Shown here: positions 37,340-46,358 of the stretch, one piece after another
Numbering within the stretch: position 1 is the first letter of the stretch
How the letters are laid out: every line of letters starts with the position of its first letter
Origin: Candidatus Latescibacterota bacterium
GTDB lineage: Bacteria; Latescibacterota; UBA2968; UBA8231
Reading direction: 5' to 3'
NCBI GenBank assembly: GCA_965203175.1
Contig: OZ241867.1
Coordinates: forward strand, 3,232,001-3,296,000
Length of the DNA: 64,000 nt
Notes under the pieces: model-generated
What the model was told of the DNA's origin: nothing
What the model saw: the letters and a program-made list of their open reading frames with translations, nothing else
The model's database searches: none
Translations under genes and position numbers: made by a program

Positions 37340-37355
37340 TGGCACACAATTTGCA
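37340..37355 (+). promoter_or_regulatory. Sigma54 (-24/-12) promoter
   Basis: TGGCAC-ACAAT-TTGCA is a perfect TGGCAC-N5-TTGCW consensus, about 240 bp downstream of a sigma54 EBP gene. Confidence 0.85.
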
Positions 37356-37526
37356 TGCTCTATATCGTCGTTGAGGGTGAAGCCGATGCAGAAGAAAGGA
37401 GGCGATTTCAAACTGACACAGCACTAGGTGGGGGCCTACTCCCCTGGGCCTCCCCACCGTCCGTTAGGGCTGCTGCGGCCCTACCGATGATAGTTCCTTT
37501 AACCCGATAACCCGAGGAGGGTTGCT

Positions 37527-37655
37527 ATGTTGTTACCACATCACTCGAAGGACTGGATAGGGGCCGTGTGCTGGATCTTGGGCTACGTCGGCCTCGTTTT
37601 GCTATACCACTTGGTGGCAGGTGGTACATTAATTTCAGGTTCAATAACGAGATAA
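37527..37655 (+). CDS. Small hydrophobic peptide (42 aa), possibly 3'-disrupted
   Basis: GAGGAGG RBS then MLLPHHSKDWIGAVCWILGYVGLVLLYHLVAGGTLISGSITR; one TM-like stretch; overlaps the 3' end of the convergent gene. Confidence 0.45.
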   Translation: MLLPHHSKDWIGAVCWILGYVGLVLLYHLVAGGTLISGSITR

Positions 37656-39679
37656 CTAACGCTCCTTGCTTCCATCTCAATTGGAATCTCAATGTTGTAA
37701 TATCGGTCGATTTTGTAGCATTTGGATTCTCCTTCTTTTTCACGAACCTTGGCAATTTCAGACAACCCGGTATAATAGAGTGGTAATTTCAAAGTCATCC
37801 GTTGTACCGTTCGCGTAGGATTATAGAGCATCGCGAGTCCACAGGGATTGATTTGCGCGTTGGCATGGAGGACACAATCAATAGAGCGGCCATCTGGGCG
37901 GCGCACGTGAATGAGGTCAGAATCCAATATTGGGCGATACTTTTTGTAAAAGTCAACCCATTTCTTAACGATGGTTTTTGTCTGTTCAGTATCAAAAAGT
38001 CGAGGACCGCGATAGCACGCAATCACACCGCTGCCGAAGTTCTGTGCGAGATGTGATTCGTAGTCATCAAGGTGTTCACAAAGCGGCTCAAACGTTGCGG
38101 CTGCTCCGCCGCCGTGGTACTCCACCAACGGGACGAACATCCAACCCATACTGGGTGTCTTTTCATACGTGGCATCGTAGATATTCTGCCGGGCAATTAA
38201 AATTTGCCGCTCGCGGGGCAAGCTGAAGTTCGTTTCGCGATAGCCCATCCCACATTTGTTTGAACCGTTGAAGTAATACTGATCTGGCGAATTGATATAG
38301 ATACCGCGTTTTCGACATTCGTGGTAAAAATGAACGCACGCTTCCCACTGACGCAACTGCGAATCCGCTAAACCGTTATGATGCTCGTGCGTCGTTGCAG
38401 CACAGATGTCACCATGATACGGACCGTCAGTCTCTATGATATCCATTCCGGTTGCATCCATGAAATTCAGCACTCGTTGGAAATAACCATCTGCCCATCT
38501 GCTCGCAAGACAAGCACTCTGTCCAAACCTACTTCCGGGTTGCCCGGTGTCTGGGTCAACACAGTTGAAATCTTCACCCGCATTCCGCGAAGCACACATC
38601 AGTGTATAACCGCCGAGTTGAATACCTTTGTGGTGGGCATAATCGGTCAATTCTTTCATTGTGGTTATGTATTCCGGATCTTCGCTCTCAATATTGAATC
38701 CACTTCCAAAGGTCATAATCACCATTTCAAATCCGACTGCGGCGCACTGATCTATCGCTAAACGGACAGCATCTGGCTCGGCACTCCGAACGTGCATGAA
38801 AATTGGATTCTCCGTGACCTGTGGCGCGACCGTGCGATACATCTTGCGGCGTGCGAGTCCTTTTCGCTCACGCGAATCACTATCATGTAGAATCTCGAAG
38901 GTGCGGAAGCTCTTGAAGGTCTCACCCGGTTGAAGAAGGACTCCCGGACCGAGTGGATAGCGGCTTGTCATCAACAGTGGCATCTGATAGTTATAATCGA
39001 CTTGCGTCTTGTAATCTGCATCTGGTCCCCAGTGTGTCGTTTCCATTCCGCTGAAGGCATAATCGCTCTCGACATGTAGCCGATGCTTTTCCTGCTCGTT
39101 GACAGCAAGGATTTCACAGTTTAAGGCATCGAGTTGAATCGGTTCTTGACTCTCATTGTGAATAGTGATCCACTTGGACAGTGCTGGAATGCCTTGGTAT
39201 AATTCATAATGCGCGCATACCTGAAGGGAGTTAGCGGATGGCGGCGGTGAGAACACAACCGTCAGTTTCACACCTTCTGGTGGATGGACTGATGATGTCG
39301 TAGAACGCCTGTGTACCCACGGATAGCGGATTTCAGGTGTACCGACCCTATATTCGCGAAATTGAAATGCGTTCTCGTCACTGGTCAAATCCGCGATCCA
39401 ATCCGAATCAAGATAGGCGTAGTCGGGCTGTCCTTTCAAACCACCCACTTCATATTCGTTTCCGTTAATTGCAAGTACCGCCTCTGGTTTGATGGCGCGA
39501 AGAAGGGTATTACCGGTAATTTGATTGGTATAATCAACCGTTGCGAAATTAGGTGTGGTAGCGAATGTTCGGCGAATGAGTCCATTGTTGAGAATAAGTT
39601 GACTGTCCTTTTCTTCTACTAAAGCGGGTTGGCGAAAGGGCTGAACCAACCAATCATTTTGTTGTGATGTGTATTGCAT
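37583..39679 (-). CDS. Putative glycoside hydrolase (alpha-galactosidase/GH36-like TIM barrel)
   Basis: APQVTENPIFMH, AIDQCAAVGFEMVIMTFGSG, IETDGPY, PSMGWMFVPL, YRGPRLFD. Visibly more AT-rich than its flanks. The family call is from pattern recall. Confidence 0.55.
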   Translation of the reverse strand: MQYTSQQNDWLVQPFRQPALVEEKDSQLILNNGLIRRTFATTPNFATVDYTNQITGNTLLRAIKPEAVLAINGNEYEVGGLKGQPDYAYLDSDWIADLTSDENAFQFREYRVGTPEIRYPWVHRRSTTSSVHPPEGVKLTVVFSPPPSANSLQVCAHYELYQGIPALSKWITIHNESQEPIQLDALNCEILAVNEQEKHRLHVESDYAFSGMETTHWGPDADYKTQVDYNYQMPLLMTSRYPLGPGVLLQPGETFKSFRTFEILHDSDSRERKGLARRKMYRTVAPQVTENPIFMHVRSAEPDAVRLAIDQCAAVGFEMVIMTFGSGFNIESEDPEYITTMKELTDYAHHKGIQLGGYTLMCASRNAGEDFNCVDPDTGQPGSRFGQSACLASRWADGYFQRVLNFMDATGMDIIETDGPYHGDICAATTHEHHNGLADSQLRQWEACVHFYHECRKRGIYINSPDQYYFNGSNKCGMGYRETNFSLPRERQILIARQNIYDATYEKTPSMGWMFVPLVEYHGGGAAATFEPLCEHLDDYESHLAQNFGSGVIACYRGPRLFDTEQTKTIVKKWVDFYKKYRPILDSDLIHVRRPDGRSIDCVLHANAQINPCGLAMLYNPTRTVQRMTLKLPLYYTGLSEIAKVREKEGESKCYKIDRYYNIEIPIEMEARSVSYLVIEPEINVPPATKWYSKTRPT

Positions 39680-39724
39680 GTTAAGTGCTTATTCTATTGG
39701 CTTCCAATTTGGCAGATCGCGTTG

Positions 39725-41623
39725 TTATGCGGGGTAGAGGCCGCTGCGGGCTAGGGATTCCCAACATCGCATGGGTGATTCTTCAAGTAGCGCCGAGACT
39801 TCCGCCTGGAGGTCGCTCGCGATTTCGCCCTCGGGACGCAAATGGGCTAGGCGACCCAGCGCATCCATGGCAAAGCCGACGCAGATGGCGTTCTCGTCGC
39901 TGCGGATGACTTCTTGCAAGGCCCGGGCGGTCGACTCCAGCGCCGGGCCGGCAATCGCGGTGCCGTGGGAACAGAGGATGACCATGGACCACAGCGCATT
40001 CTCGCGCACGGCCGAGCGCACCGGCTTGAACTGCTCGAGGCCAAAATCGACGCCACCGCCTTCGCACACATCGCATTCATCGGTGGGCCGCACGAACTTT
40101 ATGCTCCGCCCTTGCGCCCGGTCCATGGCCAGCCGGTTTTCCTCGCGGCCCAGACTCTGCACCAGCGCTTTGAGGCAGGCGGGTATCAGTGCTCGGCCGA
40201 CCCCAGTGGCGACGGCGCGGCGGCCGAGGCAGCCAAGAGTGCCAGCGGCGACGGCCCGGACATATACCGATGGATCTTCACGCAGGCGCGTTGCCACGGT
40301 CTGCAAAACTGCGTCGTTGAGGGGACTGGCGTCGCCCAAGCCGTACACGCCGGCCTTGCGGACCCATTTGATGGGGGAATTTGCCGCTTCTAGCAAAGTG
40401 TCGGTCGCCTCAGCACCGACGGCAATTAGGCCATAGGCGGCAGCCCGCCGGACGCTCTCTCGGTCGTTGTATAGAGCTTGACCGAGCAGCCGCACGGCCA
40501 GCGCCGGGTCGCCGATGGAGGCCAGCTTGTACGCCGCGCCAATACGCGCTGGCTCGGCCTCTTCGCCTTTGGCGAGGAGCTGGGTAAATAAGCGGTTGGA
40601 TTCCGCTTCCCGGTCTGCCGACGATAGGGCGGCGGCTTCGGGTCGCGGCGGCGGCGTTTGGCCCGTCTGCATCCAGTGGTGGTGATAGCGCCAGACCGAG
40701 GTTACGTCGTCGCTGGCTGCGGAGCGGTCGATGTGGGTCAGCGGGTCCACGCCAAGTCCGTTCCACTGCACTGCGGCTGGTGAGCCATTGTCGCCGGAAG
40801 GGTCCGTGGTGCGATAGATCCAGAAACGCCACATGAAGCGCGGGTTGTCTTCCCAAGTGCGCCAATCGTCGCGGCGGTGGTTGCCCCGGTGGAAGGTGTT
40901 ATGCGAGTACAACACGACGCTGCCGGCGCGCAGCGGAGCCGCTTCAAAAGGCTGTACGAGCGGCCACTTTAAGTTGGTGACCGCCTCCCGCATGCGCACG
41001 TCGTGTGCGGTGCGGCGATGGACGATATCGCTGGGGTCGTATTGCGAGTCGGGGCCGCTGACCATCTGGCCCTCCATGCCGCTGAGTTGGTAGGCGAAAT
41101 CGAGGTGGTCGGCCCCGGCGAAATTGTCGTGGTTTTCTTCGTGGTTGAAGGTCCAGTAGTGGGAGTAAGGCACGGTCGCCGTCGGGCCCATGTCCTCGCG
41201 CACGGCCTGCGGATAGTACAGCATTTCGATTTGCACGGCTTGGTGGTGGCGCTGTTTGCGGCCGTTGAACGGGCCGTTGTCGTCCTTGTGCCAGTGCTGG
41301 TCGCGGCCGCCGCTGGTGAAGGTCGCATTGTGGGTGAACGGCACAATGGCCCAGTTTTTGCCGACCAGTTGGTTGCAGGCCGCGACGACGCCAGGGGCGT
41401 TGATGACTTCGAGCACGTCTGGAATGAGTTCGGGCGTAACGCGCTCGCCAGTGCCGACCGCCTGCTTTTCGCGCTGGTAGATCCGCTCGTGGACTGCGGC
41501 TGGAATGCCTAGGCTTTCCGGGGAGAGGACGACTAGTCCGCGGCTGGCGAAGTCCTGTACTAGTTGTTCTGGCTCGCTGTAGGCTAGTTGGGCTGGGGCA
41601 GAAGAAAGCTCTTTCGCGGTCAT
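39725..41623 (-). CDS. PhyH-like Fe(II)/2OG dioxygenase fused to HEAT repeats
   Basis: FASRGL, WHKD, GPTATVPYSH, HNTFHRG; C-terminal repeats SVRRAAAYGL, WVRKAGVYGL, YVRAVAAGTL, AVRENALWS. Confidence 0.78.
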   Translation of the reverse strand: MTAKELSSAPAQLAYSEPEQLVQDFASRGLVVLSPESLGIPAAVHERIYQREKQAVGTGERVTPELIPDVLEVINAPGVVAACNQLVGKNWAIVPFTHNATFTSGGRDQHWHKDDNGPFNGRKQRHHQAVQIEMLYYPQAVREDMGPTATVPYSHYWTFNHEENHDNFAGADHLDFAYQLSGMEGQMVSGPDSQYDPSDIVHRRTAHDVRMREAVTNLKWPLVQPFEAAPLRAGSVVLYSHNTFHRGNHRRDDWRTWEDNPRFMWRFWIYRTTDPSGDNGSPAAVQWNGLGVDPLTHIDRSAASDDVTSVWRYHHHWMQTGQTPPPRPEAAALSSADREAESNRLFTQLLAKGEEAEPARIGAAYKLASIGDPALAVRLLGQALYNDRESVRRAAAYGLIAVGAEATDTLLEAANSPIKWVRKAGVYGLGDASPLNDAVLQTVATRLREDPSVYVRAVAAGTLGCLGRRAVATGVGRALIPACLKALVQSLGREENRLAMDRAQGRSIKFVRPTDECDVCEGGGVDFGLEQFKPVRSAVRENALWSMVILCSHGTAIAGPALESTARALQEVIRSDENAICVGFAMDALGRLAHLRPEGEIASDLQAEVSALLEESPMRCWESLARSGLYPA

Positions 41624-41705
41624 GTCAATTTATTCACCTTCCTTTTTGGTTTTATCCAATCTAACCAGGGGTTCTTTCCCGTTCAATTAGGCTACAGGAG
41701 TCATT

Positions 41706-42443
41706 ATGGCGCAAAAGAAGACGCTCAGACAACGGATGCGAGATGGTGAAGTGCTAACCGCCTTGCGCGGCTCGCTGACCACGACCAAGGAGGAATTGGC
41801 CGATATATGGTCAACCGGCCAGTTCGACTATATCTGGATCGACAGCCAGCACACCCCCTTCAGCGAAGAGCAATTGGTCGCCTACTGCCGGGCGGCCGAA
41901 GAGCTGGATATCGACGTGCAATTGCGCATCCCGCACACCCGGCAGGCCTACATGGTCGGGCGCTATTTCGACTTGGGTCCCAGCGCGGTTTTGATCCCCG
42001 AGGTCATGGAGCCGGAGACCGTAGATGACGCCATTGCCTATGCCTATTACGGCCCCATTGGACGGCGCAGTTGGGGGGGCGCAAATCGCCGCGGCCTGCA
42101 CGGCTCGACTCAAGGGATAGACCGACTCGCCTATGCGGCGTGGTGGAATGACTACGTGATTTTGGCGATCCAGGTGGAATCCGTCGAAGCGGTGACCAAT
42201 ATTCGCAGCTTGGCCAAGCCGGGCGTGAGCGTGGTCACGTTTGGGCCCAACGACCTTTCCTTTAGCTTGGAGGATCATCCGGACTATCCGCTGCGCACGG
42301 TCGATGACTGTATGCGCAATGTCGCCGCGCAATTGGCTGGTACTGGCATCAGTCTGGCCATGGGAACGGGTACTAGCCCCGAAGAACGCGACAAGTATCT
42401 GGATATGGGGTTTACGCTGTTCCAAGGAGATGCGCCGAGCTAG
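41706..42443 (+). CDS. HpcH/HpaI aldolase/citrate lyase family protein
   Basis: YIWIDSQH, YGPIGRRSWG, IQVES, FGPNDLS. Confidence 0.85.
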   Translation: MAQKKTLRQRMRDGEVLTALRGSLTTTKEELADIWSTGQFDYIWIDSQHTPFSEEQLVAYCRAAEELDIDVQLRIPHTRQAYMVGRYFDLGPSAVLIPEVMEPETVDDAIAYAYYGPIGRRSWGGANRRGLHGSTQGIDRLAYAAWWNDYVILAIQVESVEAVTNIRSLAKPGVSVVTFGPNDLSFSLEDHPDYPLRTVDDCMRNVAAQLAGTGISLAMGTGTSPEERDKYLDMGFTLFQGDAPS

Positions 42444-42505
42444 TTTTTGGCCGCTAGCCGTATGTTAATCGTCCATTACTAAACCGACCTTTCGGAGGAT
42501 ACGCT

Positions 42506-43489
42506 ATGTACATTGGATCGCAATTTGGGGAACAGACCGACGAAGAAATGAAGGTCTTGTCGCAACTCGGCATCAAGAACGTCGATCAGACTCCTTCCGC
42601 GCCGTGGCGGGAATGGAGCACGGAGATGCTGCAGCGGATGAAGGAGCGGTGGGCTAAACACGACATCAGCATGGAGATGATCCACATCCCCTTGGGCTCG
42701 CGCAGCGCCTACCAAAACGAGGCCGGGGCGATCTTTCTCAAACCGAGCGACGAGCGCGACCGCCAGATCGACTGGATGAAAGAGACGGTGCGGATGGCGG
42801 GCGAGGCCGGCATCCGCGGCCTCAACTACAATATCACCATCTTGGGCCATCTGCGGACGCCTTCGAAGACGGGGCGCGGAGGGGCCACGGTATCGACCTT
42901 TGAGTTGGACAAATTGGACCAGTCGCTGGGCGAGTTTGAAGACGGGCCAGCCGATGAAGACGAAATGTGGGAGCGCATTGACCACTGGCTGCAGGAGATC
43001 ATACCCGTGGCCGAAGAGTACAAAGTCCAGATGGCCTGCCATCCGTCCGACCCGGGCATTGGCGTGGGCAATACGTATCGGGGCGTGGCGCGCCCCCTGG
43101 GGATGGTCGAGGGTTTCAAAAAGCTCATCGCGCTCTACGATAGTCCGTACAACGGCCTGAATTTTTGCCAGGGCTGCATGTCCGAGGCGCTGGCCAATCC
43201 GGCGGAGGAAATTTTTGATGTCATTCGCTACTTCGGCGAGCGCAAGAAGATTTTCAACGTCCACTTCCGCAATATCAAAGGGGGCTTGGGGAGCTTCGTC
43301 GAGGTCTTTCCCGACGAAGGCGATGTCAATATGATCCGGGCGCTGAAGGTGTACAAGGAGGTCGGCTACGAGTACATGATCATGCCGGATCACGTCCCCG
43401 GGATCAGTGGCCCCGAGCCGGGCAAAGTCGGGTTTGCCTATACCTTTGGCTATATCCACGCGGCCTTGCAGGCGGTGGAGGAGTTCTAA
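42506..43489 (+). CDS. uxuA: Mannonate dehydratase family protein
   Basis: PVAEEYKVQMACHPSDP, NGLNFCQG, KIFNVHFRN, EVFPDEGDVNM, IMPDHVP, YTFGYIHA. Confidence 0.8.
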   Translation: MYIGSQFGEQTDEEMKVLSQLGIKNVDQTPSAPWREWSTEMLQRMKERWAKHDISMEMIHIPLGSRSAYQNEAGAIFLKPSDERDRQIDWMKETVRMAGEAGIRGLNYNITILGHLRTPSKTGRGGATVSTFELDKLDQSLGEFEDGPADEDEMWERIDHWLQEIIPVAEEYKVQMACHPSDPGIGVGNTYRGVARPLGMVEGFKKLIALYDSPYNGLNFCQGCMSEALANPAEEIFDVIRYFGERKKIFNVHFRNIKGGLGSFVEVFPDEGDVNMIRALKVYKEVGYEYMIMPDHVPGISGPEPGKVGFAYTFGYIHAALQAVEEF

Positions 43490-44277
43490 TGCAAAGAAAA
43501 GGCGTTTCCTTTTCCGTTTTTACCAAAATGTGGCAGGACAAATCTCCAACCGAACTCGGAGAGTTTGTACTCGATTTGGGCTTCGACGGCATTGAACTGC
43601 CCGTGCGTGCGGGTTATCCAGTGCCCCCCGAAAGTGTTGGACGCGATTTGCCCAAAGCGGCACAGGAACTCAGCGCCTTGGGTGTTGCCATTACCAGTGT
43701 GGCCGGACCGACGGACGAAGCAACCATTGTGGCTTGCGGCGCTGCCGGAGTTTCAGTCATTCGCACCTGCCCAGCTATCATTTCTGAAGGGTATTTAGCC
43801 AGCATAGAAGGTCACCAGCGAGCCTTTGACGCCCTGATTCCCTTGCTCGACAAACACGGGGTGGCTTTGGGCATCCAAAATCACGAAGGCCAATGGGTGT
43901 GCAATGCCATGGGTATAAAACACCTAATTGACCGCTACGATCCCAGCCATATCTGCGCCATACCCTGTGCCGGGCACACGGCTCTCAACGGAGAATCCCC
44001 CGAGATGGCGATCGATATCGTCTGGTCGCATCTGTCCCAGTTCAAGCTCAAGAATGCGTACTGGCGGCGGCAGACCGGACCGGAAGCGGAAAACGTGGAA
44101 TGGCGTCCTTATTGGACCACGGGACGGCAGGGCTTGGCGTCGTGGCCGCGGTCGGTCGCGGAACTGAAACGAAGGGGTTTCAGCGGTGTCGTCTGCATGG
44201 ATGCCGAATACCACGATGCAGCCTCCACAGAACGACTCCTCGCCGAAGACCTGGCCTTTGCCAAATCTCTGTTTTGA
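43489..44277 (+). CDS. Sugar phosphate isomerase/epimerase (AP-endonuclease-2 TIM barrel)
   Basis: SVFTK, GFDGIELPVR, IQNH, GH, LKN, AEY; translationally coupled (TAATG) to the uxuA-like gene. Confidence 0.8.
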   Translation: MQRKGVSFSVFTKMWQDKSPTELGEFVLDLGFDGIELPVRAGYPVPPESVGRDLPKAAQELSALGVAITSVAGPTDEATIVACGAAGVSVIRTCPAIISEGYLASIEGHQRAFDALIPLLDKHGVALGIQNHEGQWVCNAMGIKHLIDRYDPSHICAIPCAGHTALNGESPEMAIDIVWSHLSQFKLKNAYWRRQTGPEAENVEWRPYWTTGRQGLASWPRSVAELKRRGFSGVVCMDAEYHDAASTERLLAEDLAFAKSLF

Positions 44278-44280
44278 GGG

Positions 44281-45282
44281 TTATCCGGCGCGAAATCCCA
44301 CTTCGACCCCATCCCCTACATCGACCGTGGCTCGCAGCACCCGGGGCCGCACTAACTCCGCGGTCTGCGCTACGCCATCGACCCATATGCGGGGAAAGTT
44401 GCACCAGGCCGCCGGCACTTCCGCTTCAAAGGTCAGCTCCTTGCAAGCTACGCCGGCGGGCAGATCGGTGAAAGAGATTTGATACCGTCGCTCATCGACG
44501 CTGTCGCCAACAACGTCAATGGCGGCGTGACGCCGGCTCAGATGATAGAACACGACTTCTTCGGGCACGGCGCACCAGACTTCGTCACCGCCCTCTGCAA
44601 GGACTATCTCCAAGCGCTTGCGAAGCTGGACTGCGGAGCAATCCTTATTGATGTGGATGGGCTCTTCGATCGGGCAGTGGCAGTAGTCGATGACCCAACC
44701 GCGGGACTGGCGGGCGGGGAGAATATTGCGGAAGGGGTCGTGTTTGCTGAAGAAAGGAGGGGGGTATTCGTGGATCAGAGGACTGCGGTCGAGCCAATAG
44801 CACTCGTCTGCGGGGCGATTGATTCCCTCTCTGATACTCATCGCGCCCAAATAGCCGAGTTGGCGGCAGGCATCGAGAATGTGCGGGGCCATATTGCGGT
44901 TGCTGCCGGGGGCACAATACAGTGGCACCGGCGCGTCAATGGCTTGCTCTAAAACCTCCCTGGCCACGCGCAGCTCCTGATCGACCATCTCGGGTTTGAT
45001 AAAGACGTGCGTCCACGAGTGATTGCCAACGCCCCAGCCGCGCGCCATCAGGTCTTTTAGCTCATCGGCATTCATGTGCCGGTAACCATTGAAGCTCGAC
45101 CCGTCGATCTGGCGCACTTCTCCCATTTGCCCGACGACCACTTCCAAGTGCCCGGGAATGCCGAATTCTTCGTGATAGGGCACGGCAAAGCGGTGCAGAT
45201 CGATTAGGGCCTCGTCGTAGGTAATGGAGTAAACCCAGCGTTTGCCGTATTTCCAATCGCAAATGCGCAGCGACATAATCAA
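44281..45282 (-). CDS. Polysaccharide deacetylase (CE4/NodB-like) family protein
   Basis: YSITYDE, GWGVGNHSWTH, YCAPG, WVIDYCH. Confidence 0.78.
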   Translation of the reverse strand: MIMSLRICDWKYGKRWVYSITYDEALIDLHRFAVPYHEEFGIPGHLEVVVGQMGEVRQIDGSSFNGYRHMNADELKDLMARGWGVGNHSWTHVFIKPEMVDQELRVAREVLEQAIDAPVPLYCAPGSNRNMAPHILDACRQLGYLGAMSIREGINRPADECYWLDRSPLIHEYPPPFFSKHDPFRNILPARQSRGWVIDYCHCPIEEPIHINKDCSAVQLRKRLEIVLAEGGDEVWCAVPEEVVFYHLSRRHAAIDVVGDSVDERRYQISFTDLPAGVACKELTFEAEVPAAWCNFPRIWVDGVAQTAELVRPRVLRATVDVGDGVEVGFRAG

Positions 45283-45341
45283 TCCTTCGCATCAAACGGT
45301 TTTTAGGCAGTTGTTGTACTGCGACCTACTACTTATCTAAC

Positions 45342-46343
45342 TCAGGAAGTTAAAGGACGAAACTGTAACTCCGTCCCGTCTTCCACCTCCACCGTCGTCC
45401 GCAGCAGGCGAGAGCGCACCACAGAGGCCGACTGGGGCACCCCGTTTACCCACACTCGGGGAAAATTGCACCAAGCCGTTGGCACCTCCACTTCAAAGGT
45501 TAACTCCCGACGCTCAACCCGGCCAGGCAATGCCTCATAGCGGATCCGGTATCGCTGTTCGCAAGCCGTTGCGGCCACGGTTTCGACCACGGCGTGCCGT
45601 CGGCACAAGTGATAGGAAATGACCTCTTCGGGCACGGCGCACCAGACTTGGTCGCCGCCCTCTTCGATGATCGTCTGCAAACGCAGGCGCAATTGCGCTT
45701 CCGAACAGTCTTTGTTGGGGTGAACGGCCTGTTCCAACGGGCAGTGGCAGTAGTCTATAATCCAGCCCTTGGACTCTTGGGCCAGCAGAATATGGCGGAA
45801 CGGGTCGTAAGCGCTGTAAAAGGGCTCCTCATAGCTTTCGTGCAACGGCGTGCGATTGAGGTAGTACAGTTCATCGCTCGCCGCGTTCACCCCATCCGTT
45901 ATGCTCATGGTGCCCAAGTAACCGAGTTGGCGACAGGCATCCAGCACGTAGTCGGACATATTTTCAATGCCGTTGGGGGCGCAGTACAACAGCACAGGAG
46001 CGCCGATAGCCTGTTCTATAACATCGCGAGACAGGCGGATTTCTTGGTCGACCATATCGGGCCTGATAAAGTGGTGACTCCAGCCGTGGTTGCCCACGCC
46101 CCAGCCACGGGTGAGCAAATCCTTGAGCTCATCGCCATTCATGTGCCGATAGCCGTTGAAGCTGGAAGTGCCGATATTGCGGATTTCGCCGATCTGCTGG
46201 CCCACGACCTCTACGTGTCCGGGAATGCCGAATTCCTCGTGATGGGGAATGGCAAAGCGGTGTAGATCGGCCAGTGCCTCGTCGTAGGTAATCGAATAGA
46301 CCCAGTTCTTGCCGTATTTCCAGTCGCAGATGCGCAGGGCCAT
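45342..46343 (-). CDS. Polysaccharide deacetylase family protein (tandem paralog)
   Basis: YSITYDE, GNHGWSH, YCAPNG, WIIDYCH; collinear with 44281-45282. Confidence 0.78.
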   Translation of the reverse strand: MALRICDWKYGKNWVYSITYDEALADLHRFAIPHHEEFGIPGHVEVVGQQIGEIRNIGTSSFNGYRHMNGDELKDLLTRGWGVGNHGWSHHFIRPDMVDQEIRLSRDVIEQAIGAPVLLYCAPNGIENMSDYVLDACRQLGYLGTMSITDGVNAASDELYYLNRTPLHESYEEPFYSAYDPFRHILLAQESKGWIIDYCHCPLEQAVHPNKDCSEAQLRLRLQTIIEEGGDQVWCAVPEEVISYHLCRRHAVVETVAATACEQRYRIRYEALPGRVERRELTFEVEVPTAWCNFPRVWVNGVPQSASVVRSRLLRTTVEVEDGTELQFRPLTS

Positions 46344-46358
46344 AGTTCTGTTGCCTTT

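Noticed and set aside
42479-43459. 326-aa antisense ORF spanning the uxuA-like gene
   Set aside because: Mirror frame of a well-supported gene, with no recognisable family features.
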